Source: an uncultured Actinomycetes bacterium (GTDB taxonomy: Bacteria; Actinomycetota; Thermoleophilia; Gaiellales; JAICJC01). Taken from it: a stretch of DNA of 64,000 bases. Under the pieces are notes generated by a model. That model was not told the DNA's origin, did not search any database, and saw nothing but the letters and a program-made list of their open reading frames with translations. This document shows, piece by piece, positions 18,746 through 28,476 of the stretch; the first letter of the stretch is position 1; every line of letters starts with the position of its first letter. The stretch covers positions 3,601,259 through 3,665,258 of the forward strand of contig OY969804.1 in NCBI GenBank assembly GCA_963703275.1. The letters run 5' to 3'. The translations under genes and the position numbers were made by a program.

Positions 18746-18924
18746 AACGCGGGTGTTCTTACCGTTCCCGCCCTCGGGGCTTTGTGGCCTCTCCCAGCTG
18801 GCGGCTGGCGTGGGGACACCGCTCTGGCCCCCGAAAGAACCGTCGGGGGGCGAGCAATGTCCCCGTCCTGCGGTCTTGTCTACCTTCGCTGCTCACGGCC
18901 TGCGGCCATACTGGCCCCAGTTAT
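18746..18924. other. Structured intergenic element (nested hairpins; ncRNA or MITE/REP-like)
   Basis: Long inner stem GGGGACACCGCTC..GGCCCCCGA/TCGGGGGGC..GAGCAATGTCCCC, outer stem GGGGC..GTGGCC/GGCCAT..GCCCC, between convergent genes. Confidence 0.45.
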
Positions 18925-19788
18925 TCAGGCGACGGTGATGCGGAACGCGGCCGTGTAGATCTCGCCCGGGCGCACCCAGGTCAGCCCGTCGCCCGTGGCC
19001 AGGGCGTTGGTGGGGGCGGTCATCGGCTCGAAGCACACGATGTCGCGCTCGGCCGGGGCGTACACCTGCGCGTAGGGGTACCCCTCGAGGAATTCGACCG
19101 CGAGCGTGCGCCCGCCGGCCTCGGCGGTGAACCGCGGCTGCGGGCCGAGGTCGGTGTAGGCGTCGTCGAAGCTGCGCTCTGCGAGCGGCGCCCGCGAGAC
19201 GCGCACGGCGTCGCGGATCCCGGTGGGGAGCTGACGCTCGTCGAGGTGCAGGTGCGTGCGGGCGGGGTTTTCGATCATCCACTCCGCCCGCGGCACGCCC
19301 GGCAGGTGCAGGTAGGGGTGGTAGCCGAACGAGACCGGGAGCGGTCGCCGCCCCTGTGCGAGCAGCGTCGTTCGGATCTCGACCCCGTCGGCCAGGAGCG
19401 TGGCCTCGACCGTGAGCGAGTGCGGATGCCGGTACACGTCGAGCACGGCCGGGTGGTCGTGCGTGTCGAACTTCGCCTCGAGCCGGGAGGACGTGGCGTC
19501 GATGACCGTGAACGGGAGCACCCGCGGCAGGACGCCGTGGATCGGGAGGCCGTTTCCGTCGCGCGGCAGGAGGTCGGATGCCGGCAGCGGCCGCGCGAGC
19601 CGGTTCGCCCATGGATGCAGCAGCGGGATTCCCATCGTCGCGCCCCGGTCACCGTAGGCATCGAGGCCGTCACCGAGATCCAGGAACTCCGTCCCGTCGT
19701 GCTCGAACGAGCAGCCGACCATCGCCAGGCCGGGCACGAACGCCACCCGCAGGCCGGGGCCCTGCAGGGTGTGCGGCTCCGCCGTCAC
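18925..19788 (-). CDS. Aldose 1-epimerase (galactose mutarotase-like) family
   Basis: PWANRL, PIHG, GYHPY, CFEPMTAP. Confidence 0.88.
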   Translation of the reverse strand: MTAEPHTLQGPGLRVAFVPGLAMVGCSFEHDGTEFLDLGDGLDAYGDRGATMGIPLLHPWANRLARPLPASDLLPRDGNGLPIHGVLPRVLPFTVIDATSSRLEAKFDTHDHPAVLDVYRHPHSLTVEATLLADGVEIRTTLLAQGRRPLPVSFGYHPYLHLPGVPRAEWMIENPARTHLHLDERQLPTGIRDAVRVSRAPLAERSFDDAYTDLGPQPRFTAEAGGRTLAVEFLEGYPYAQVYAPAERDIVCFEPMTAPTNALATGDGLTWVRPGEIYTAAFRITVA

Positions 19789-20221
19789 CGCTGCGGGGCC
19801 TGCACGAGTTCGACGGTGGCGCCGTCGGGGTCGGTCATCCACACCACCACGCACCCGTCCCAGTGGCGGCCGGCCTCGGGGCCGAGCACGATCGGCTCCG
19901 AGCGGGCGACCGCTCCGGCCTCGACCAGGTGCCGGTACACCGCCCACGTGTCGTCCACCTGAAGCGCGATATGGCCGCCCGCATGGTCTTGGGCGCGTCG
20001 TGGTCGCGATCCTCGATCAGCTCGAGGATGCGCCCGTCGCCGAGATCGAGGTCGGCGATCCGCACCCTGCGAGTGGACTCGCCCGAGACCGCCGTCACCG
20101 TGGCGGCGGCCGTCTCGACCTGCTCTCGGACGCTGACGCCGAGCAGGTCGCGGTAGAACCCGAGCGACCGGTCGAGGTCGACCACCGTCAGGCTGGCGTG
20201 ATGGAGGCCGGTGACCGTCAC
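19785..20221 (-). CDS. VOC/glyoxalase family protein; apparent frameshift near 19991-19993
   Basis: LHHASLTVVDLDRSLGFYRDLLG...LELIE, continuing in the shifted frame HIALQVDD...TDPDGATVELVQ; GTGA overlaps at both ends. Confidence 0.82.
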
Positions 20222-21579
20222 CTCAGGCGCTCGGGGATCGTGTCGCGGGCGAAGACGTCGGCGACAGTCTCGGCCCGCTTGACCACCTCGGCATCGCCGC
20301 CGTGCACGAGCACCGTGGCGGGGCGGGGGAGGCCGTTGAAGTTGGACGCACAGGCGTCCTGGTAGGCGCCGGTATCGAGGAAGGCCAGCACATCGCCGGG
20401 CTCGACCGCGGGCAGCTGCTGCTGGGGCGCCAGCACGTCGAACCCGCAGGACATGCCGACCACGTCGGCCCGCAGCTCGGAAGGCTCGTCGGCATGGCCG
20501 GCCGCGACGACGCCGAAGCGGGCGTGCTCGATCAGCAGGTCGGCCATGAACATCTCGGTGGTATCGGTCTCGACCCAGGCCCATGCCACCGGTGTCGACT
20601 GGTGCTTGATGTTGCGCACCGTTGCCAGGTGGATGCCGGTGTCGGCGTAGAGCGCGCGGCCCGGCTCGGCCTCGAGGCGGATGCCCTGCGTGTTGATCCC
20701 GGCGGCCGCGAGCCCGGCCCGCAGCGCGCCCGTGATCCGCTCGGCGATCAGCTCGATCGACGGCGCTTCGGCTCCGCTGCCGGTGGGATCGCGTGGCGCC
20801 GGGTAGCCGCCGCCGACATCAATCTCCCCCGGCGTCCAGCCGCCCAGCTCGCGATGCAGCACGGCGATCGCTGCCGCGAAACTTGCGCCCATTCCCGCCC
20901 ACACGTCCGGGTCGGTGCTGTGGCGGCCGAGGTGGGCCATCACGCCAACCAGCTCGACGCCGTCGGTTGCGAGGGCGCGCCGGGCCACCGCTGCCGCGGC
21001 GTCGGTAGGGATGCCCGGCTTGTAGCGGAGGGCGGCGTCGCGCACCGACCGGCCCGGGTCGAGCTCGGAGGGCTGGTCGAGCCCGTCGTAGTCCGGGCGC
21101 AGGCGCAGACGCACCCGGGCGGTCCGGCCCGTGGCCGCGGCGGCCGCGGCCACCAGGTCGAGCTCGCCCGGGCTGTCCAGCGTCACCCGGGCTCCGGCCG
21201 CGACCGCCTGATGCACGAGCGCCGCGTCCTTGACCGAGCCGTTGACCGAGATCAGCCCGGGCGTTGTGCCGGCCACGAGCGCGGCGTGCAGCTCGCCGGG
21301 CCCGAACGTGTCGCAGCCGAGGCCCTCGCTGTTCAGGATCGCCCGCAGCGCCAGGCCGAGGTTGGCCTTGAGCGAGGGCAGAAGCGCCGTCTCGCCGTCG
21401 GGCCAGCCGGCCGCGAACGCCGCCCCGATGCGGCGGGCGTTGCGGCGCAGCTGGTCCTCGGAAACGGCGTAGAGGGGCGTGCCGAACCGGCGGGCCAGCT
21501 CGACCGTGTCGCACTCCTCCATCCACAGGCACCCGGAGCGAATCGACAGGCAATCGTCCAGGCGCACGCCGGTACTCAT
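20218..21579 (-). CDS. Diaminopimelate decarboxylase-like PLP-dependent decarboxylase (fold type III)
   Basis: FGTPLY, SLKAN (PLP Lys), HLGRH, DVGGG, EPGR, GMSC, TGAYQ...NFN. Confidence 0.85.
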   Translation of the reverse strand: MSTGVRLDDCLSIRSGCLWMEECDTVELARRFGTPLYAVSEDQLRRNARRIGAAFAAGWPDGETALLPSLKANLGLALRAILNSEGLGCDTFGPGELHAALVAGTTPGLISVNGSVKDAALVHQAVAAGARVTLDSPGELDLVAAAAAATGRTARVRLRLRPDYDGLDQPSELDPGRSVRDAALRYKPGIPTDAAAAVARRALATDGVELVGVMAHLGRHSTDPDVWAGMGASFAAAIAVLHRELGGWTPGEIDVGGGYPAPRDPTGSGAEAPSIELIAERITGALRAGLAAAGINTQGIRLEAEPGRALYADTGIHLATVRNIKHQSTPVAWAWVETDTTEMFMADLLIEHARFGVVAAGHADEPSELRADVVGMSCGFDVLAPQQQLPAVEPGDVLAFLDTGAYQDACASNFNGLPRPATVLVHGGDAEVVKRAETVADVFARDTIPERLR

Positions 21580-21700
21580 GTCGTCGTTGGTGTTCGAAGT
21601 GTCGTTGGTTCCCACCTTCACGATGTTCTGGCCGTTCGGGAGCGTATCGACAAAGTCCTCGCCCTCGGGTGGTCCAGGTCGAAGTGGTTGAACCGCCTTG

Positions 21701-21719
21701 ACCGGGGACTGTCCCCGGT
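21701..21719. repeat. REP-like palindrome ACCGGGGACTGTCCCCGGT
   Basis: Perfect odd-centred palindrome; same core at 24139-24153. Confidence 0.7.
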
Positions 21720-21745
21720 TGGGGGCTGGATAGTGTTCGCCGTCC

Positions 21746-22918
21746 ATGCGGCGGCCGTTCGTGCTCTTCTACGCGCTCGTGTTCCTGGACGAGGTGGCGC
21801 TCTTCGCCCTCGTGCCGCTCCTGCCCTCGTACACCCGGGTCTACCACCTCTCCGACGTACGCGCAGGGGCGCTGCTCTCGGCCGCGAGCTTTGCGATCGT
21901 CATCGCCTCGCTTCCCGCCGGCCGGCTGAGCGACCGGTTCGGCGCCCGCCGCGTTACGCTCGTGGCGGGCGGCCTTGTCGCCGTGTCGATGCTGGGCGAG
22001 GCGCTGGCGCCGGGGTTCGCGGCCCTGCTGGCCGCGCGGCTGGTCTTCGGCGTCGGGTCGGGCACCATCTGGTCGGCCGGGCTCTCGTGGCTGGGCGACT
22101 CCGCACCGGTCGAGGTGCGGGCGCGCGCATTGGCCGCGGTGATCACGGTCGCCGGGGCGGGCGGCATGGTGGGGCCCGTGTTCGCCGGTGTCCTGGCCGA
22201 TCGCGTCGGCCGCGGCGCCGCGTTCGCCGTGATCGGTGTGGCCTCGGCGGTGGTGGTGGCGGGACTGGCCGTGGGCGATCCCGGCCGGCGGGTGCGCCAC
22301 GGCCACCAGCCGCTGCGAGGGGTCGCGGCCGGGATGCGCGCCGAGCCGCTGCTCGCCGGCGCGATCGCGATCATGCTGCTGGGCGGCGTCGGCGATGGGG
22401 TCGTCAACCTGGTCGCGCCGCTGCAACTCGGCCACCACGGGCTGTCGGCCGGGACGATCGGCGCCTGGCTCTCGGTCTCGGCGGCGATCTTCATCGTCGC
22501 GAGTGCGGTGGTCGCACACGTGGGCCGGCGAGCGGTGTCGCTGCGCTTCGCCGGCGTCATGGCGGCGCTCCAGGCTGCGGCGCTCATCCCCGTGCTGCTG
22601 GGCGGCGGCTCGGCGGCGGTGGTGGCGACCGTGCTCTGCCGGTCCGCGTTCGTTGCGGGCCCGTACACGATCGCGTTTCCGCTGGCGGCGGTCGGCGCGG
22701 GCCGGCTGGGCTTCGGCACGGGCACGGTGAACGGCTTCATGGGGCTCGTCTGGGGAGGCGCCAACTTCGCCGGCCCGCTGATCGCGGGTGCGGTGGTCGC
22801 GGAATCGGGCGCCCGGGCCGCCTATGCGCTTCTGGGCGCGTTCTCGCTGGTGCTCGGGGTGACGCTCGTGCGGGCCGGCCGGCGCGAGACGCGCGGGCAG
22901 GCAGCGGCGGCGTCGTGA
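21746..22918 (+). CDS. MFS transporter
   Basis: Motif A GRLSDRFGARR; ~12 TM segments. Confidence 0.88.
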   Translation: MRRPFVLFYALVFLDEVALFALVPLLPSYTRVYHLSDVRAGALLSAASFAIVIASLPAGRLSDRFGARRVTLVAGGLVAVSMLGEALAPGFAALLAARLVFGVGSGTIWSAGLSWLGDSAPVEVRARALAAVITVAGAGGMVGPVFAGVLADRVGRGAAFAVIGVASAVVVAGLAVGDPGRRVRHGHQPLRGVAAGMRAEPLLAGAIAIMLLGGVGDGVVNLVAPLQLGHHGLSAGTIGAWLSVSAAIFIVASAVVAHVGRRAVSLRFAGVMAALQAAALIPVLLGGGSAAVVATVLCRSAFVAGPYTIAFPLAAVGAGRLGFGTGTVNGFMGLVWGGANFAGPLIAGAVVAESGARAAYALLGAFSLVLGVTLVRAGRRETRGQAAAAS

Positions 22919-22944
22919 ACGCGAATCCGTAATAGTCCCCGGCC

Positions 22945-24129
22945 ATGGACTTCGCCCTCACGGCCGCCCAGCGCGACCTCCGCGACCGCGCCGCCCGCTT
23001 CGTCGACGGCGAGCTGATCCCGCTCGAGGAGCAGGCGGAGCTCGCCGGCGGCCGCCTCCCCGCTGCCGCGGTCGCACAGGTCAAGCGGGCCGCCCGCGAC
23101 GCGGGCCTCGTGGGCGGGAACCACGCGCAGAGGTACGGCGGCCAGGGCTGGTCGGCGTTCGAGCAGGTGCTCGTGCAGGAGGAGCTCGGCCGGAACACCA
23201 ACGGCGTCTGGTGGAACATGGGCGGCGGCTACAACGTCCTTGCCCGCGGCACCGATGAGCAGATCCGGCGCTATCTCGAGCCCACGCTGCGCGGTGAGCG
23301 GGCCGATGCCTACGCCGTCACCGAGGCCGGCGCCGGGTCGGATCCGGCGGGCATCGCCGCGACCGCAGAGCGCACCGCCTCGGGCTGGCGGATCCGGGCC
23401 GAGAAGTGGTTCGTGACCTCGGGTGACGTGGCCGATTTCGACATCGTGATGGTGAACGTGGTCGATGGCGACGCCCGCCTGCCGACGCTCTTTCTGGTCG
23501 ACCGCGACCGGCCCGGCATCGAGGTGATCGACGATCCGCCCTTCACGCACTCGTTCCCCCACGGCCATCCCACCGTCCGGTACGACTGCGAGGTGGACGC
23601 CGATGCGGTGCTCGGGGGCGAGAGCATGATCGGCCGCGGCGGCGAGCTGCAGAACGAGTGGTTCGTCGAGGAGCGCATCCACATCGCCGCCCGTTGCGTC
23701 GGCGCCATGCGGCGGCTCCTCGACGACGCCGTCGCGTGGGCGATCGGCCGCGAGCAGTTCGGCGAGCGCATCTACGACTTCCAGGGCATCAGCTTCCCGC
23801 TGGCCGACTCCGCGGCCGACTGCGCCGCCGCCCGCCTCCTGACCTACCAGGTCGCCGACATGGTGGACATCGGCGCCGACCCCAAGCTCGTCCACGGCCG
23901 GGCGGCGATGGCCAAGCTGTTCGCGTCGGAGGCGGCGTGGCGCTGTGCCGACCGGTGCGTGCAGGTGCTCGGCGGGCGTGGGTACATGCGCACGTTCGCC
24001 GCCGAGCGGTTCCTGCGCGAGTTGCGCGTCGACCGCATCTGGGAGGGCACGAGCGAGATCCAGCGGTTGATCATCGCCCGCGGCCTCGAGAAGCGCGGCG
24101 TCGAGCGCCTGCTCTCCATCGAGCCTTAG
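22945..24129 (+). CDS. Acyl-CoA dehydrogenase family
   Basis: AVTEAGAGSD, KWFVT, REQFG, QVLGGRGY, RIWEGTSEIQR. Confidence 0.93.
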   Translation: MDFALTAAQRDLRDRAARFVDGELIPLEEQAELAGGRLPAAAVAQVKRAARDAGLVGGNHAQRYGGQGWSAFEQVLVQEELGRNTNGVWWNMGGGYNVLARGTDEQIRRYLEPTLRGERADAYAVTEAGAGSDPAGIAATAERTASGWRIRAEKWFVTSGDVADFDIVMVNVVDGDARLPTLFLVDRDRPGIEVIDDPPFTHSFPHGHPTVRYDCEVDADAVLGGESMIGRGGELQNEWFVEERIHIAARCVGAMRRLLDDAVAWAIGREQFGERIYDFQGISFPLADSAADCAAARLLTYQVADMVDIGADPKLVHGRAAMAKLFASEAAWRCADRCVQVLGGRGYMRTFAAERFLRELRVDRIWEGTSEIQRLIIARGLEKRGVERLLSIEP

Positions 24130-24138
24130 CCACAAACA

Positions 24139-24153
24139 CGGGGACTGTCCCCG
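24139..24153. repeat. REP-like palindrome CGGGGACTGTCCCCG
   Basis: Second copy of the GGGGACTGTCCCC core. Confidence 0.7.
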
Positions 24154-24156
24154 GTC

Positions 24157-24192
24157 TTGACCAGCGGCCGCGCGGTTGCGTAATGTATCCAA
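24157..24192 (+). promoter_or_regulatory. Promoter TTGACC-N18-TAATGT with overlapping TGTATCCAA (GntR-type site)
   Basis: Same arrangement recurs at 29899-29933. Confidence 0.6.
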
Positions 24193-24213
24193 AACCCTGA
24201 CCAGGGAGGGGAC

Positions 24214-25698
24214 ATGGCAACGCCGGCAGGTGCGCAACCTCATCTCGGCAAGAAGCAGCTCACCACCCTGCACGCGATCGGCCAGTCGCTCGCACTCGGG
24301 CCGATCTTCTCCGCGGCGCTCTTCATCGGCCTGATCTCGGCGTCGGCCGGGTTCCACACCCCGGCGGCGATCATCCTCGGCGGCATCGGCATGATCGCCC
24401 TCGCGTACGTCATCGCCCTGTACGCGCGCCGCTTCGCCGGCGCCGGCTCGATGTACGAGTACATCGCCCGCGGCGTCAACCCGTGGATCGGGATCCTGAC
24501 GGCGGGGATCTACTTCATGGGCATGCTGTTCCTGGGTGCCGGCGGCGTCTACGTCGGCCTCGGCTTCCTGATCAAGGGGTTCTTCCAGGCGCACATCTCG
24601 AGCATCGATCCGCCCTTCTTCCTCTGCGGGCTCGTGGCGCTCTCGATCGTGATCGCGGCCAACCACTTCGGCGCGCGGTTGGCCGTCCGGGCCGTGCTCG
24701 CGCTGGCCGTGTTCTCGCTCATCCCGCTCTTCATCCTCGCCATCGCCGTCATCGCCAAGGGCGGCGACGGCGGCAACACGCTGAGCGCCCTCAGCTTCTC
24801 GGGCGCCGGCTGGAATGGGCCCATCTTCAAGGGCATCCTGGTCGCCGTCACGCTCTTCATCGGCTTCGAGGCGGCGGCGGCGATCGCCGAGGAGACGCCC
24901 AACCCGCACCGGTCGATCCCGATCGCCGTCATCGGGACGGTCGCGATCGCCACCGTCTTCTACGTCCTGATGGGCTACGTGGTCATGATCGGCTTCGGCC
25001 AGGTCGCCATCGACAAGGGCGTCGCGGCCGCCGACCCCAACCCGCTCGGGACGCTCGCGCAGCACTACGTCGGCTCGTGGCTCTCGACCTGGGTCGACCT
25101 GGTGGTGATCACCGACGCGCTGTCGCTCTCGGTCGCGTTCACCGTGTCGGCAACGCGGGGCGTCTTCGCGCTTGCCCGCGACGGCCTCCTGCCCCGCTTC
25201 CTGGCGACCACGTCGAGTCACGACACACCGCTCGGCGGCAACATCGTGTCGTTCGTGGTCTCGATCGGATTCCTGATCTGGGCTTCGACGGTGCACTACG
25301 GAGGCGCGTTCGGACTGCCCGACACGCTGGCGGCGTTCCAGATCCTGTCGCTGGCCGGGTCGTATCTGATCGAGTTCGTCTACCTGCTGCTCGCCCTCGG
25401 TGCGTTCCTGCTCGTGGTGCGCAGCGAGCCGCGCTCGAAGTGGTGGTGGCAGATGCCCGTGCTGGTGGTCGCGGCGATCACCACGCCGCTTGCCTACAAG
25501 GGATCGCTGTGGCCCTGGCCGCCGCCGTACCCGCTCAACCGCGGGATCTACTTCGCCATCGGCGCGGCGATCATCGCCCTGGTCTGGGCGATCGCGCTGC
25601 AGCTGCTGAAGCCCGGCGCCGTGCGCGGTGCCGCGGCATACGCCACCCGAATCGAGGACGTGGCTCCCGCCGGGGCGCCCGTCGACCTGGGTCTGTGA
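24214..25698 (+). CDS. APC-family amino acid/amine permease
   Basis: AGSMYEY, FIGFEAAAAIAEE..NPHRSIP, RGVFALARDGLLP; GGGAGG SD. Confidence 0.9.
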   Translation: MATPAGAQPHLGKKQLTTLHAIGQSLALGPIFSAALFIGLISASAGFHTPAAIILGGIGMIALAYVIALYARRFAGAGSMYEYIARGVNPWIGILTAGIYFMGMLFLGAGGVYVGLGFLIKGFFQAHISSIDPPFFLCGLVALSIVIAANHFGARLAVRAVLALAVFSLIPLFILAIAVIAKGGDGGNTLSALSFSGAGWNGPIFKGILVAVTLFIGFEAAAAIAEETPNPHRSIPIAVIGTVAIATVFYVLMGYVVMIGFGQVAIDKGVAAADPNPLGTLAQHYVGSWLSTWVDLVVITDALSLSVAFTVSATRGVFALARDGLLPRFLATTSSHDTPLGGNIVSFVVSIGFLIWASTVHYGGAFGLPDTLAAFQILSLAGSYLIEFVYLLLALGAFLLVVRSEPRSKWWWQMPVLVVAAITTPLAYKGSLWPWPPPYPLNRGIYFAIGAAIIALVWAIALQLLKPGAVRGAAAYATRIEDVAPAGAPVDLGL

Positions 25699-25703
25699 CA
25701 GCG

Positions 25704-26453
25704 ATGGACGCGATGACCGGATCCGGCCGGATCGAGGTGCGAAGCGTCGTCGACCAGGTCTATGCAGCCGTGCGCGCCCGGATCCTGGCCGGCGATCTGC
25801 CCCCCGGCGGCCGGCTGCGGCAGGAGGAGCTCGCGGCCGACCTCGGGGTCAGCCGCACGCCCCTGCGCGAGGCGCTGCGCAGGCTCGCCAGCGAGGGTCT
25901 GGTCGAGTTCCACCCCAACCGGGGTGCGACCGTCGCGGGCGACGACGACACGACCCTGTGGCACGCCTGGTCGGCCCGGGTCGCGATCGAGCCCGGCGCC
26001 GCGCGCCTGGCCGCACAGGTGTGCGATCCCGACGCGATCGAGCGGCTGCGCTCCCTCGTCGCCGACCAGCGGGCGCGCGTCCGCGACGGCCGCGACACCT
26101 ACGACGCCAACCGCGACTTCCACCTGGGGCTGGTGGCGGCGTCGGGCAACCCGCACCTGCTCCGGTTCGCCGAGACCCTGTGGGTGGCCCGGATCGCACG
26201 CCGGATCTACGCCGCCCAGGCGGTCGACCCCCGGCGCGTGCTCTACTGGGCGGACGACCACGACCGCATCGTCGACGCGGTCGCGGCGGGCGACGGCAAC
26301 CTGGCCGCGCTGCTCACCCGCGAGCACATCGCGGCCTCGCCCCCGCCGAGCACGGACGTCGTCGATGCGTCAGGTCAGCTCGGCCGGGAGCTCAAAGCTG
26401 ACGACGGTGCCACACCCGGGGGCCGACCGGACCTCGACGCTGCCGCCGGCTAG
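25704..26453 (+). CDS. GntR (FadR/FCD) family regulator; 3' end overlaps the convergent gene
   Basis: LRQEELAADLGVSRTPLREAL HTH; FCD NRDFH...H..I...H; start may instead be GTG 25695. Confidence 0.9.
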   Translation: MDAMTGSGRIEVRSVVDQVYAAVRARILAGDLPPGGRLRQEELAADLGVSRTPLREALRRLASEGLVEFHPNRGATVAGDDDTTLWHAWSARVAIEPGAARLAAQVCDPDAIERLRSLVADQRARVRDGRDTYDANRDFHLGLVAASGNPHLLRFAETLWVARIARRIYAAQAVDPRRVLYWADDHDRIVDAVAAGDGNLAALLTREHIAASPPPSTDVVDASGQLGRELKADDGATPGGRPDLDAAAG

Positions 26454-28469
26454 GCGCAGCCGCTCGCGCATCGCGTCCAAGCCCATGCGCCGCTGGCGGC
26501 GGCTGCGCTCGAGCGCGTCGGCGACCTCGAACCCGCGGCCATCGTCGGCCACACGTCCGCGCAGGAGCCCGTCGCTCAGCGTGATCTCGACCTCGAGCGC
26601 GGTCGCGCGGGCGTGCTTGCGGACGTTCACGATCGCCTCGCGCACCGTGCGGTAGGCGATCTCCTCGACCACGTACGGGTGCCGCTGGTCGGCCACCGTC
26701 ACCGAGACCGAGAGCGCGGCCTCCTCGCCGGCCTGGTCGGCCAGGTCGCGCAGCGCACCCGCGAGCCCCTCCTGATGCAGGCTGGTGGGGCGGAGTTCGA
26801 ACATCAGCCGGCGGGTGCGATCGGTCGCTGCGGCCAGCGTGCCGCGGGTGGCGGTGACGACCGACGCGATCCGGTCGCGCCCCGCCGTCTCGACCGTCTG
26901 CTCCAGGCGGTCGAGGGCGACCAGGCACGCGGTCAGAACCTGCACCGTGTCGTCGTGGAGCTCGGCGGCCAGCCGCCGCCGCTCCTGCTCCTCGGCGCGC
27001 AGCAGCCGCTCCATCGCGTGGCGGCGCTCGAGCTCGCTCTGGCGGATGTCGCGCTCGAGCTGCAGGCACCGCTCCTCGAGGCGCGCCAACTCGCCGTCGA
27101 GTGGCGGCGGGACCACGCCCGACGTTTCGTCAATGCGACCTGCCACAGGTCCTGACGATGGTTCGGCCACACCCCTGTCGACCGCGCCGAGTCCGCTCCA
27201 GAGCGCGTCGAGTGCCGCCGGGAGGTTCCCCGCGCGCTGCTCGACGAGCGCCAGCACCTGGTTCGCCTCGGCGACATAGTGGGGTGCGGCGGTGTGCTCG
27301 AGCAGGTCGATTGCACTCCGGCACAGGAAGCGCGCCTCGTCCAGATCGCCGTCATGGAGCGCGGCCCGGGCGAGCACCAGCGTTGCGCTGCCGGCCACGC
27401 CCGGCTCGGTTGCGCCGGTCTCGGCCAGCGCCCGACGGGCGGCCTCGCGCGCGCCCTCGACGTCGCCGGCCAGAAGCGCTGCCCGGCCGCGGTCGGCACT
27501 GAGCGTGGCCAGCTCGGGCGTCGCGCCCGCGGCCTGCATCAGCTCACCCGCAAGCTCCAGATGCTGCTCGGCCTCGCCCGGCCGGCGCTGGTCGACCATG
27601 ATCCCGCCGAGCACGGCGTGGGCGCGGCCCAGAAGCAGCGTGTGCTCGGCCTGTTCGAGCTGCGCCACGACCTCTCCCATGTAGCGCTCCGCCAGCCGCA
27701 GCCGGCCCTGCTCGGCGTAGGTTCGCGCCATCGCCCACAGCACGCGAGTCCGCGCGACCGGGTCGGTGATGGCGGCCTCGACGTCGAGCACGTCTGCCAG
27801 CACCGCCTCGGCGTCGGCGAATCTGCCCTGGTCGGTGTAGGCGCTCGCGAGGTACACGCCGAACCGGATGACCCCGCGCACGTCAACCGGCGGCCGGCGC
27901 GTTTCTTCCAGCGCAGCGCGGAGCACCGAGATCGCGCGGCTGAGGTCGCCGATGCCGGCGTACGCGCGCCCGAGCGACTCGTAGAGCCCCGGGCGCAGTC
28001 GCGCGGTCGCAGACGGCTCGAGCGCGCGGGCCTCCTCGAGCAGTGCGACGGCGTGTTCGTCGTCGCGGGCCTCGATCGCGAGCTGGCCGAGCCCCTCGAC
28101 GGCCCGGCTGTGTGCGTGCAGGTCGCCGCACGTCCGGGCCTCGTCGGCCAGCGCGAGCAGTGTCTCGGCCGCGTCCTCTGCGCCCATCCGCACGGCCATC
28201 TCGGCCAGACCGATCCTGGCGGGGGCGATCGCGCCCCCATCGGCTCGGCCCGCCAGCTCGGCGACTGTGACCCCGAGCCGGCGGGCGAGCTCCGCCAGTA
28301 TGCGCGGCGATGGCACGCGCTCCCCGGCCTCGATGCGGCAGACGTATGCCGCCGAGCATCCGGGGAAAGCGAGCTGGATCATCGACAGCCCGCGCTCGGC
28401 TCGCACCGTACGCAGCCTCCGGCCCAGGGAAGCGGGATCGTCGACGTGCGTCGGTGCAGGGCGGCCCAC
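26370..28469 (-). CDS. XRE-HTH + TPR-repeat + HisKA_3/HATPase histidine kinase fusion protein
   Basis: N-terminal LGRRLRTVRAERGLS..L...SAAYVCRIEAGERVPS; ~370 aa Ala/Leu-rich helical repeats; C-terminal RRRLAAELHD, EAIVNVRKHA, DDGRGF, MGLDAMRER. Confidence 0.85.
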   Translation of the reverse strand: MGRPAPTHVDDPASLGRRLRTVRAERGLSMIQLAFPGCSAAYVCRIEAGERVPSPRILAELARRLGVTVAELAGRADGGAIAPARIGLAEMAVRMGAEDAAETLLALADEARTCGDLHAHSRAVEGLGQLAIEARDDEHAVALLEEARALEPSATARLRPGLYESLGRAYAGIGDLSRAISVLRAALEETRRPPVDVRGVIRFGVYLASAYTDQGRFADAEAVLADVLDVEAAITDPVARTRVLWAMARTYAEQGRLRLAERYMGEVVAQLEQAEHTLLLGRAHAVLGGIMVDQRRPGEAEQHLELAGELMQAAGATPELATLSADRGRAALLAGDVEGAREAARRALAETGATEPGVAGSATLVLARAALHDGDLDEARFLCRSAIDLLEHTAAPHYVAEANQVLALVEQRAGNLPAALDALWSGLGAVDRGVAEPSSGPVAGRIDETSGVVPPPLDGELARLEERCLQLERDIRQSELERRHAMERLLRAEEQERRRLAAELHDDTVQVLTACLVALDRLEQTVETAGRDRIASVVTATRGTLAAATDRTRRLMFELRPTSLHQEGLAGALRDLADQAGEEAALSVSVTVADQRHPYVVEEIAYRTVREAIVNVRKHARATALEVEITLSDGLLRGRVADDGRGFEVADALERSRRQRRMGLDAMRERLRLAGGSVEVRSAPGCGTVVSFELPAELT

Positions 28470-28476
28470 GGCGGAG

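Noticed and set aside
18746-18924. tRNA, SRP RNA, RNase P, tmRNA or HDV-like ribozyme
   Set aside because: None of the diagnostic conserved motifs could be located by eye
21580-21700. Lysine riboswitch upstream of the LysA-like gene
   Set aside because: Region is too short and lacks the L-box consensus; only a short ACCAACGAC repeat is seen
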